Shown here: positions 8,765 through 16,329 of the stretch, one piece after another
How positions within the stretch are numbered: the first letter of the stretch is position 1
How the letters are laid out: each line of letters starts with the position of its first letter
Virus record (IMG/VR): IMGVR_UViG_2513237143_000002
Coordinates: 2,755 to 66,754 of that record
Reading direction: 5' to 3' (one strand)
DNA: 64,000 nucleotides
Source: a virus
Lineage: Duplodnaviria; Caudoviricetes
Notes under the pieces: generated by a model
What the model saw: only the letters and a program-made list of their open reading frames with translations
What the model was told of the DNA's origin: nothing
Database searches by the model: none
Position numbers and translations under genes: made by a program

Positions 8765-8902
8765 CTATTTGCCCTTCTTCTCATCCTGAGACAGGACGGA
8801 AGCGGCTAGCTTTTTTGCATCGGCCTGCGTGGGCTTTTTGCTACCGTTCAAGATCTTTGCGGCGAGCGTAGACGTGCTGGGGCTTGATTGCTTCTTTGCC
8901 AT
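8765..8902 (-). CDS. Small basic protein (45 aa), not in the ORF track
   Basis: Manual translation MAKKQSSPSTSTLAAKILNGSKKPTQADAKKLAASVLSQDEKKGK; TGATG coupling to the upstream gene. Confidence 0.7.
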   Translation of the reverse strand: MAKKQSSPSTSTLAAKILNGSKKPTQADAKKLAASVLSQDEKKGK

Positions 8903-9078
8903 CAAACACCTGCCGCCGGCATAACATCGCCGAATTTCTTGCCAGTCTTGATCTCGCTCACGCGCCCCTGATTTATTTTGAACATGGCCGCTATTTCGTG
9001 CTGCGCCATGTTGTTGAGCAGGTAGCGCTTGATCTCAGCTGCCATCTGCGGCGTTACGTCCGGGGAGACTCTTCGCAT
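8902..9078 (-). CDS. Small HTH protein (58 aa), not in the ORF track
   Basis: Manual translation MRRVSPDVTPQMAAEIKRYLLNNMAQHEIAAMFKINQGRVSEIKTGKKFGDVMPAAGV. Confidence 0.7.
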   Translation of the reverse strand: MRRVSPDVTPQMAAEIKRYLLNNMAQHEIAAMFKINQGRVSEIKTGKKFGDVMPAAGV

Positions 9079-9462
9079 TCGGGTAGGCCTCCTTGGGCCT
9101 GCCCGGCTTGTTCAGCGTGGCAAATCACTATAGGGTCTTCTTGTTCAGGGAGAGACCTTACAGTCTTACCAGCCTGCCGCGCCGGGATTGCTTGTGTGCG
9201 GCTCCACGAGTTGCCCCGGCGGGCCATCCCGTCGGGTGCTCGATTCGATTCGAGCAGGGTTGAAATTACCTCAAACTTTCGCGCCACAATAGCTGTCAAC
9301 CCTGAGACTCACGGGTTTCTCTTTTCGTTCCACAATATTCTGTGGGTTCACTGTGGATAACGTGAATAACTCAATCTCTCCACTGAGATAGGCGAGTCGG
9401 AAAAAGTCGTAGATCTTCACCTGGGGATTTGTGCAAGTCGGCGTTACCCCCTAGGGCCCGGT

Positions 9463-9883
9463 TCAATAGTACGGATGCCCGAGTTTTCCCCCGAGCGGCG
9501 GCCCGGCGACAGTTCTAGGCCTCGCGACTTCCCGATAAAGCTTTTCGATCCGCCGCGCCTCATGAGGCGTAGGCTCTCGGCCGGCCAGGATGCGCCGGAC
9601 GGTATCGCGGCCGATACCGCATCGCTCGCCGATTTCGATGCGCTGCCAGCCGGCGGCAATCAACGCCGCGATCTGTTCGGCAGGGTTTTCCGTTCGAAGT
9701 CCATACGCGTTCGATCTTGCGCCAAGTGTCGTAGGAAGGTTGCCGCGCCTCGCCGACCGCGATTCGCCAAACCGTAGTGCGAGAGACACCCGATTGCTTG
9801 GAAATCGCGCCGTAGCTCATGCCTGTGGATTTTAGGCCTTCGACCATCGATTCGAAGTCGTCCGGTGACGTTTGGTAAGGCAT
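9463..9883 (-). pseudogene. Tandem-HTH regulator split by a probable 1-nt frameshift at the T4 run 9686-9689
   Basis: HTH1 (MSYGAISKQSGVSRTTVWRI) and HTH2 (QRIEIGERCGIGRDTVRRIL) are in different frames; removing one base fuses them. Confidence 0.55.
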
Positions 9884-10140
9884 TCCGGAATTATGCTCTA
9901 TCTGAGCATAAAAGCAATTTTCGCAACGTAGTCGGTCCCGCCGAATCGCGGGCTCAATCCACTACGAGAAGCAAAGTCGGCTTCGCGATTCTGCGACAGT
10001 TATGTAATGTAATGACGCTAAAGCGGCCGAGGTTGCCGATCAGCCTTAGCCTCGATGCGGTCAGGCCGGTATTCACGGGCTCCAGACCTGTGATGTGGAC
10101 GGCGTGAATTCAACGAGCGCAGAATACGAACGGGGAAAAC

Positions 10141-10623
10141 ATGGCCTACTGCCGCGAATGTAAACAGGAAAAACCGAACTATCAGGTTCAGCTCGGGGTT
10201 TGTGACGAATGTTTTAACCACATCTCGAAAGCCTCCTCCGGCGCAAGTACACCCCCACCGCCGGCAACGACTCCTTTCGAATGGCATCAGGTCATTCTGA
10301 CAACATCGATGGATGTTCCAAACCGTCGCATAGAACGTATAGTCTCGATTGTCGCCACAGAGGCAGCGCTGGGCATCAACGTCTTTCGGGACATTGCCAA
10401 CAACTGGCGCGATTTCCTCGGAGGACGTTCAAAATCCTCGCAAAATGCATTGGCTGAGGCGCGCGCCGCGTGTCTAAACGAATTAAAAAGGGAGGCGGCG
10501 CGCCTTGGCGCCGACGCTGTAATTGCAGTTGACCTGGATTACAACGAAATTTCAGCTGCAGCGAATGGCATCGTTTTCGTTGCCGCTACCGGGACGGCGG
10601 TGAAGCTGGCACTCGAAGCCTGA
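10141..10623 (+). CDS. YbjQ/UPF0145 family protein with N-terminal Zn ribbon
   Basis: ILTT...GGRS...AR...AARLGADAVIAVDLDY...GTAVKL; N-terminal CxxC-x12-CxxC. Confidence 0.88.
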   Translation: MAYCRECKQEKPNYQVQLGVCDECFNHISKASSGASTPPPPATTPFEWHQVILTTSMDVPNRRIERIVSIVATEAALGINVFRDIANNWRDFLGGRSKSSQNALAEARAACLNELKREAARLGADAVIAVDLDYNEISAAANGIVFVAATGTAVKLALEA

Positions 10624-10685
10624 AGGACCGCCAGCCGCAAGCCAAGTGATTCCCGGAAGATGACCATGGCACGATAATTTCATTC

Positions 10686-10706
10686 GCGCGGAAAAATGCG
10701 CGGAAA
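10686..10706 (+). promoter_or_regulatory. Putative integrase arm-binding sites (GCGCGGAAA x2)
   Basis: Copies at 10686-10694 and 10698-10706, same orientation as 270-288. Confidence 0.65.
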
Positions 10707-10772
10707 GTGTGATTCGGCCAGTTCTGGCATCTATCAGTAATTCCGGTAAAACCTTATCTTTACTAAGGTTTT

Positions 10773-10818
10773 TGGTGGGTGATCACGGGCTCGAACCGTG
10801 GACCCGCTGATTAAGAGT
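10773..10818 (-). repeat. Second att core (tRNA-Lys 3' half), junction between island and prophage
   Basis: 46 bp identical to 114-159. Confidence 0.93.
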
Positions 10819-10955
10819 AATCTATTTTTCTCTGAACAGCCTACAAATCAAGTAAAGCGGTTTCCAATGCCGTGCAATAACTACACCTGAAAACGCGGAA
10901 CGTTTCGTGAATTGGAAACCGCAAATTAGTTGTTCTTTGACTGATCTGCAACAGG

Positions 10956-11015
10956 AATTTCGAATACCGTCGCGCTATCCTCTCGCGGCCTGATCGCCTT
11001 GAACGATGGATGACG
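10956..11015 (-). pseudogene. Remnant of a ligD 3' end
   Basis: 42/60 nt identical, ungapped, to 11785-11844; peptide RHPSFKAIRPREDSATVFEI versus RHPSFKRIRERADDATVFQI. Confidence 0.8.
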
Positions 11016-11207
11016 TATCATCGTCTTCACCGTGCACTGCTGGTCGCCGCATGGACCCATGACGCCAAGTAGCCGAATGGAAATCCTGCTGCAGCGGAGT
11101 CTCACGGGATCAACGCAGCCTTGACGCGAGGCTTTGTACTGAATTACCTGTACGAGTGGATCTGCTGCCACAGAGCCGAACGGGGTTGGAAGTGGGACGC
11201 TTTGCGA

Positions 11208-11570
11208 ATGAACGTTAATGCGGGTCAACCAGCGCCCCCTAAAGTATCGGATAGCCCCGTCGCGATCGCCGCACGAAAGGTGACATACGAGGCCCAAACG
11301 TGCCCGAAGTGCCACAAAGAATTGAACGTGACAGCGATCGGGGTCGGGGCGCTGATTGAGTGCGACTGCGGGAATATAACGCCTCGCGCCAAACAGCTGA
11401 CCCCCCTCCTAGACCGAATAAAGGATCTGGCAACAGCTTTTGGTGTGACCTTTATCATGGGAATTCTGACAGGGATTGCGGGCAACTACGCTTATGCGCA
11501 ATTATTCCCGTCCACTGCTGAAAAAGGCGTTACCCCCACACAAAATCAACCGAAAGAGGGCACACAATGA
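11208..11570 (+). CDS. Moron: Zn-ribbon protein with a transmembrane helix
   Basis: CPKC...CDCG and a hydrophobic segment LATAFGVTFIMGILTGIAG; start uncertain. Confidence 0.6.
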   Translation: MNVNAGQPAPPKVSDSPVAIAARKVTYEAQTCPKCHKELNVTAIGVGALIECDCGNITPRAKQLTPLLDRIKDLATAFGVTFIMGILTGIAGNYAYAQLFPSTAEKGVTPTQNQPKEGTQ

Positions 11571-11773
11571 GCGTCAGAGTAGGCGGGGTTGACGTAGTTG
11601 AGTCGGCTCTTAACACTGAATTGAGGGTCATGGTGCTTGAGAAGATCGTGGACCGGCTCCTGATGGCCGCGCCGCCCGGGATTCTAACGCAGCCTATGAT
11701 TGATCAAATCAGACGGGACTGCATTTCCGACATGCAGCGCAAGTATCCAGATGCAGGGATCCAAGCCAAGTAG
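11567..11773 (+). CDS. Hypothetical protein
   Basis: GAGG RBS; ATGA overlap with the previous gene. Confidence 0.65.
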   Translation: MSVRVGGVDVVESALNTELRVMVLEKIVDRLLMAAPPGILTQPMIDQIRRDCISDMQRKYPDAGIQAK

Positions 11774-11778
11774 ACCCC

Positions 11779-12753
11779 TCATATAATCTGAAACACCGTC
11801 GCATCGTCCGCCCTCTCCCTGATCCTCTTGAAGGACGGATGCCGCAGCTTCCCGTCCTCAGTCCAGGCGCGATACTCGACATCGGCCACCAGCAGAGGCT
11901 CGGTGAAGACGGCGCCCTTCCTCGTCAGCGCCACCGCCGGCGTTTTCGTCTTCATCCCTTCGAGCAGCTTCCGCAGCTCGCGCGACAGTTCGTTTGACCA
12001 GCCAGTCCCGCAGCCGCCGACATAGACGAGATCGTTGCCCTGGCGCGCGGCGAGCAGCAGCCGGCCGAGATTGCCAGGCACGGTCGACGGCTCGAAGCCA
12101 ACGATAACGAAGCTATCCCGGCGCTTGCAGGTGATCTTCTGCCACCATTCACCGCGGCCAGACCGATACGGCTTTTCGATGTGCTTGGCGATGATGCCTT
12201 CGAGACCGTGCGCGCAGGCGACGCGGAAGAACTCGTCTCCATCCGCCTGCACCTCCTCCGACAGCCGAACGGCCCCTTCCCGGCCCGCCACGAGCGGCTC
12301 GAGCAACCGCCGGCGCTCTCGCAGCGGCAGCCGACGAAGGTCGCGGCCGTCGAGATAGAGAAGATCGAAGGCATAGAAGACGATGGCGCCGGCTTCGACG
12401 GCCGACGGCAAGCGCCCGAGCGCCCGCTGCAACATGCCGAAATCGGAGCGGCCCTTGTCGTCGAGCACGACCGCCTCGCCGTCGAGGATGGCCGTTTTCA
12501 CCGCCAGGCGCTGTGCATCATCTACGATCGTGGGGAACCTCTCGGTCCAGTCGTAGCCGCCGCGCGTGAGGATCCGCACCCGGGCGGGCTCGATGTGAAC
12601 CGCGAGCCGGTATCCGTCCCATTTCACTTCGTAGGGCCAGTCCGGCCCCTTCGGAGGTTTGTTGACGAGCGTCGCCAAGCAGGGGTCAACCCGCGCGGGC
12701 ATCGGATCAATAGGAGGGAGATCACGCGGCTTCTTTGAGGATGCTCTGGCCAT
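11779..12753 (-). CDS. ligD: LigD-type ATP-dependent DNA ligase (ligase + OB domains only)
   Basis: EVKWDGYR adenylation motif, LDGE, FDLL, EGIIAK and RHPSF. Confidence 0.92.
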   Translation of the reverse strand: MARASSKKPRDLPPIDPMPARVDPCLATLVNKPPKGPDWPYEVKWDGYRLAVHIEPARVRILTRGGYDWTERFPTIVDDAQRLAVKTAILDGEAVVLDDKGRSDFGMLQRALGRLPSAVEAGAIVFYAFDLLYLDGRDLRRLPLRERRRLLEPLVAGREGAVRLSEEVQADGDEFFRVACAHGLEGIIAKHIEKPYRSGRGEWWQKITCKRRDSFVIVGFEPSTVPGNLGRLLLAARQGNDLVYVGGCGTGWSNELSRELRKLLEGMKTKTPAVALTRKGAVFTEPLLVADVEYRAWTEDGKLRHPSFKRIRERADDATVFQII

Positions 12754-12806
12754 AGGCCATTAACGCACAGGCCCGCGAAAAGCCGAATTGACTCTTTCGG
12801 CTGAGA

Positions 12807-12821
12807 GAACATAGTAAGAAC
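12807..12821 (+). promoter_or_regulatory. Alphaproteobacterial LexA (SOS) box overlapping a sigma70-like promoter
   Basis: GAAC-ATAGTAA-GAAC (GAAC-N7-GAAC); TTGACT at 12788-12793 lies 17 nt upstream of a -10-like element. Confidence 0.75.
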
Positions 12822-12839
12822 AAACGCAATAGACGGGTA

Positions 12840-13016
12840 ATGAAAATGAGCGACGAAGCCGGATCGAGCGCGCGCAAGGACACGATAATGTACGAGCACT
12901 GGTGCGAGCATGCTGGCTGCAAGAAGTGGGGCAGCCTCGGCTTTGCCTTGGGGAAAGAGGAGCCGCGGTGGTTTTGCGCGGAGCATCAGCCCGAATGGAA
13001 GTTGAAGCATGCCTAG
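12840..13016 (+). CDS. Small Cys/His (Zn-binding) protein, not in the ORF track
   Basis: Manual translation MKMSDEAGSSARKDTIMYEHWCEHAGCKKWGSLGFALGKEEPRWFCAEHQPEWKLKHA. Confidence 0.7.
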   Translation: MKMSDEAGSSARKDTIMYEHWCEHAGCKKWGSLGFALGKEEPRWFCAEHQPEWKLKHA

Positions 13017-13505
13017 AGACGGAGCCTGGTGGCTTTCGGAGCTTCTCGCCTGGACGAAGATCCGCATCAAATGCGAGTGCGGTGTAAAGAAGCAATACGA
13101 CGCACGACAGCTTTTCGATCGCATAGGAGACCGGAGCATGCCGGGGCTGCTCTCCGACTTCTCCAAGGCGCTCGGTTGCCCCAAGAGCGGCAACATCCAA
13201 CGCGACCGCTGCAGGCTCACATATGACATGCCATCCGGAGAGCCGCCCGTCTCTCGAAGGAACCGGCTGGTGATGCGGCCCCAGCCGGTGCCCCTGAAGA
13301 GATTACTTTCGCGAACCTTCCCGAATGGTGCGACGTCCTGTGCAAGTGCCGGAGCTGCGGCCGCATCGATCGACTAAATCGGCGCGCTCTGGCCGCGCGC
13401 TTCGGCAAAAGACAGAGCATCCTTCAGTTGGCGCCCAGAATGCGATGTAAGAGGTGCGAGAACCGAGACGGCAACACGATCTTCATAGGAAAGCCCCGGC
13501 AATAA
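13009..13505 (+). pseudogene. Two-domain Zn-ribbon protein with a frameshift near 13255-13260
   Basis: Frame 1 has CECG...LGCP; the -1 frame continues EPAGDAAPAGAPEEITF...CKCRSCG...RCKRC to TAA 13503-13505. Confidence 0.65.
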
Positions 13506-13878
13506 GCCATCGAGCAGGCGCGTATCCGCCGCCGGCGAGTGGCATTTCGGAGCATGAGCTGGTGAAGATGCTCATCACCCGTCTGGACGGCCGCCAAGCG
13601 AAGCAAGCGCTGGGAGACGATTGGAAGGGCTGGTGGCCGGACGATGACGGCGGGGACGATGACGGCGGCAGCCCCGCTCCTCACGATCGAGAGATGGCCT
13701 GACACAAATAGAGCTGCAGCGGGGGCCTGCTGCAGCTCCGGTCGCGACGTTGGTCATCATACAGCTGGGGCGCAATGCCCTGTTCCATTCAAGGGAACCG
13801 CTTCGAACGTCGCTTGCCCATATTGTACTCTCAGCGGGCGTGGAATCAAGGGAAAGCTCCTGACCTGTCAGTCGGATA

Positions 13879-14115
13879 TCAACGTTTCTTCAAGTCAGGT
13901 AACGGCTCTCGCCCCAACGCCTTGGCAATCTTCCGCCAGTCATGTCCGCCCATCCCGGGTATTCGCAGCAATTCGGCAGTCGGCAGATGTTGCATATCTC
14001 CGACCACCTCATACCCGATCATGTTTAACTCCCGGAGAAGCCAAGGCCGGAGTTTCAAGTCTGCAAGTTTCGTGTCCATGCGGGGCATCAGATCAGGGCA
14101 ACTCGCATCGCGCAA
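13879..14115 (-). CDS. RNA polymerase alpha-CTD-like HhH protein
   Basis: LADLKLRPWLLRELNMIG...DMQHLPTAELLRIPGMG pattern. Confidence 0.65.
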   Translation of the reverse strand: MRDASCPDLMPRMDTKLADLKLRPWLLRELNMIGYEVVGDMQHLPTAELLRIPGMGGHDWRKIAKALGREPLPDLKKR

Positions 14116-14152
14116 CTGACTTGTTGAGAGCGAGAGTCACCGCGAAGCGGGA

Positions 14153-14470
14153 TCAGGAGCGATCTAGCACCCCCGATAGCCATTTCACTTGACCGATTGC
14201 GTCCTGCAATGCGTGCTCCCTCGTGGCATAAATCCCGTAGCCGTAATGGGATTCAGCGTCCCAATCTTCTGTGAAGCCGTACTCAGGATTCGGAGGCAAA
14301 TAGATCTCGTGACGCCAAGTGTAGAGGCCGTCATGCCGGGCTGCGATGACGATTCTGCTGAGCCCGTCGGTCGATGTGATAATTTCCGTGCTGGCGTTGC
14401 GAGGGGGAGGCATCTTGCTGCTTTCCAAGTTCAATGCAGCCGTTTTCACACGACGGATCGTACCAGGCAA
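14153..14470 (-). CDS. Hypothetical protein
   Basis: Protein-like ORF; start uncertain. Confidence 0.55.
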   Translation of the reverse strand: MPGTIRRVKTAALNLESSKMPPPRNASTEIITSTDGLSRIVIAARHDGLYTWRHEIYLPPNPEYGFTEDWDAESHYGYGIYATREHALQDAIGQVKWLSGVLDRS

Positions 14471-14511
14471 GGGTTACCCTCATGCAGCAAGTGGCGAGCC
14501 ACTCTTGTTTG

Positions 14512-14904
14512 TCACCGCCGCAGATGGGCGCCGTCGCGCTGGCTGGCCTCGATCCGCTGCAGGATCTCGCGCATCACACGGGTATCAATGGAAAGGCTGT
14601 TGAGGGTGTTCTCGACTGCCTTCATCGACGTCGCCGCTTCGGCCGCTTGCTTCTCCACGGCCGATATTCGCAGCTCGTGATTGTCGATCTGCCGGAGGGA
14701 CACTTCGGCCGCTGTCAGGCGCTTGTCGAGGCGATCGATGGAATTCGCCTGCGAATCCTGGTTGGCGTTCACCCTCTCCCAGGTCGCGCCCCACGCTATG
14801 AGGCCGCCGGCAAAGCCGAACAGGATCACCAGGGTATTGAGGTTATATTCAAACCTCCATTTCGGAGTTGCGACCATCTTTTCCGTTTCCTGTGTTTCAG
14901 ACAA
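14512..14904 (-). CDS. Membrane-anchored coiled-coil protein in the lysis cassette (holin/antiholin candidate)
   Basis: One N-terminal TM segment followed by a coiled coil; located directly downstream of the spanins. Confidence 0.6.
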   Translation of the reverse strand: MSETQETEKMVATPKWRFEYNLNTLVILFGFAGGLIAWGATWERVNANQDSQANSIDRLDKRLTAAEVSLRQIDNHELRISAVEKQAAEAATSMKAVENTLNSLSIDTRVMREILQRIEASQRDGAHLRR

Positions 14905-14931
14905 TCCCCTGCCCTCGTAGTGTGATGCGAG

Positions 14932-15174
14932 TTACTGCTGCGCTTCGCCGTGGCGGACGCATTCCGCTTTCGTCCAAAACGCCGCCGCGCAGATGCCGAC
15001 GACGGTCCGGTCTATCTTCCGCTGATCTGCCGGTGTCGCGCCGCGCGCGCCGATCAGATCAGTGCCCACCACCCGGCGCAGTCCGTCGGCACTTGCCGGC
15101 GCCGAAGTCCCACATCCCTGGAGCACAAAGGTCAAAGCGAGAGCGGACATCGTCCGCAGTGCGGCCAGCTTCAT
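14932..15174 (-). CDS. o-spanin (Rz1-like lipoprotein)
   Basis: MKLAALRTMSALALTFVLQGC lipobox; overlaps the i-spanin in another frame. Confidence 0.75.
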   Translation of the reverse strand: MKLAALRTMSALALTFVLQGCGTSAPASADGLRRVVGTDLIGARGATPADQRKIDRTVVGICAAAFWTKAECVRHGEAQQ

Positions 15175-15295
15175 TGTTCTGCCTTTCAATGGAGGTTCTG
15201 ACGTCGTCGCCGCCCTGCCGGTAGATCCAGGCAACAACGGCGGCGACGATTGTGAGAGCGGCCGCAGCCGCGATGACGCGAGGAGTGGTAAACAT
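15059..15295 (-). CDS. i-spanin (Rz-like)
   Basis: N-terminal TM helix; directly follows the endolysin. Confidence 0.72.
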   Translation of the reverse strand: MFTTPRVIAAAAALTIVAAVVAWIYRQGGDDVRTSIERQNNEAGRTADDVRSRFDLCAPGMWDFGAGKCRRTAPGGGH

Positions 15296-16264
15296 TCACG
15301 CCATCCCCTCGACCTGCTTCGCCACCGCCTTACGGTCGGCGTTCTTCCGCCAGTAGAGAAAGCCGGCAATGCCCCCGAATGCGACGAGGATCAGGAGGAG
15401 GTTCTGCCACGGTATGCCGCCGATCGCGGTGAGCAACGAAGCGCCACCGCCGATGACAGACGGCGTGATCACCTCTTTCGACTTCCACCACGGCGCATCG
15501 AGGCTCGGCGGCGTCACAGGAACCGGTACCGGCTTCTCCTCGGTCACCGGGGCTGCCTTGACTTCGGGCCGGGCCGCCTCGCCCGGGGTAAGCGCCACGA
15601 GCGCCGTATGCATCGCAGAGCGCGTTTTCGGTCCGACATCGCCGTCGACCTGCAGGCGCTGGTCAGCCTGGAACTGAAGGACGTTGTCGGCGCGGTAGCC
15701 GAGAAGGACGAGAGATATCCTGGCGAGCCGGTCAAACCGATCAGAGAGGCCGTTCTTGCCGCCGTTTATCTTTCTCGTAACGGTCTCACAGTCCCCTTCG
15801 TCGGCCCAGCGGTTAAGGTCGCGGGTGTCCCAGTAGAACAGAGGCACCAGGCCTTCCCAAGGATCGGTGTTGACCGCATCCGGATCCTTGACGAAGTCCG
15901 GGCATTCGAGGCCGGCCGCGCGGCACCAGTTGCGGAACTGGCGGTAGTTGTCCTTGCCGGTGAGCTGCATGCCGGTGCGGCCGCGGTAGAGATGGCCGTC
16001 GCCATCCTTCTCCGGCGTGTTGCCAAGATCGGTGCGGGTGTCGTAGCGCTGTTGCGCCGGCGTCGGCCCCCAGATCTCGCGATCGTAGCGGAAGTCTCCA
16101 CTTTCATGCATGAGCTGGGCGAAATACTGGGCGAGACGGTGCGGCCGATCCATGCCGAAACGCTCCCCGTACCTGTCCAGCGCCACGAGCACGGACGCGA
16201 GGTTGCTCTCGTTCACCCTGCCCTTTGCGGCAGCGCGAACGTGCTGAGCGGTGATGGCGCTCAT
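15296..16264 (-). CDS. Endolysin, glycoside hydrolase family 19, with PG-binding segment and C-terminal TM
   Basis: AQLMHESG, YRGRTGMQLTGKDNY, TRKINGGKNGL and DGDVGPKT motifs; hydrophobic tail. Confidence 0.9.
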   Translation of the reverse strand: MSAITAQHVRAAAKGRVNESNLASVLVALDRYGERFGMDRPHRLAQYFAQLMHESGDFRYDREIWGPTPAQQRYDTRTDLGNTPEKDGDGHLYRGRTGMQLTGKDNYRQFRNWCRAAGLECPDFVKDPDAVNTDPWEGLVPLFYWDTRDLNRWADEGDCETVTRKINGGKNGLSDRFDRLARISLVLLGYRADNVLQFQADQRLQVDGDVGPKTRSAMHTALVALTPGEAARPEVKAAPVTEEKPVPVPVTPPSLDAPWWKSKEVITPSVIGGGASLLTAIGGIPWQNLLLILVAFGGIAGFLYWRKNADRKAVAKQVEGMA

Positions 16265-16329
16265 TCGTTTCTCCTAATTGTGAGGGTATGGTCAACGTGC
16301 CGTAGCTTGACGGCGGTCATCAATGACGT

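Larger units (their letters stand above)
114..10818. mobile_element. Integrated phage-satellite-like island (about 10.7 kb)
   Basis: Bounded by identical 46-bp tRNA-Lys-derived direct repeats. Contains an integrase next to att, a VapE helicase and a capsid gene; no tail, terminase or lysis genes. Confidence 0.85.

Noticed and set aside
10898-10912. Second LexA box (GAAC-N7-GAAT)
   Set aside because: One mismatch, no clear downstream gene, and it lies in the att-arm region where integrase sites are the likelier explanation.
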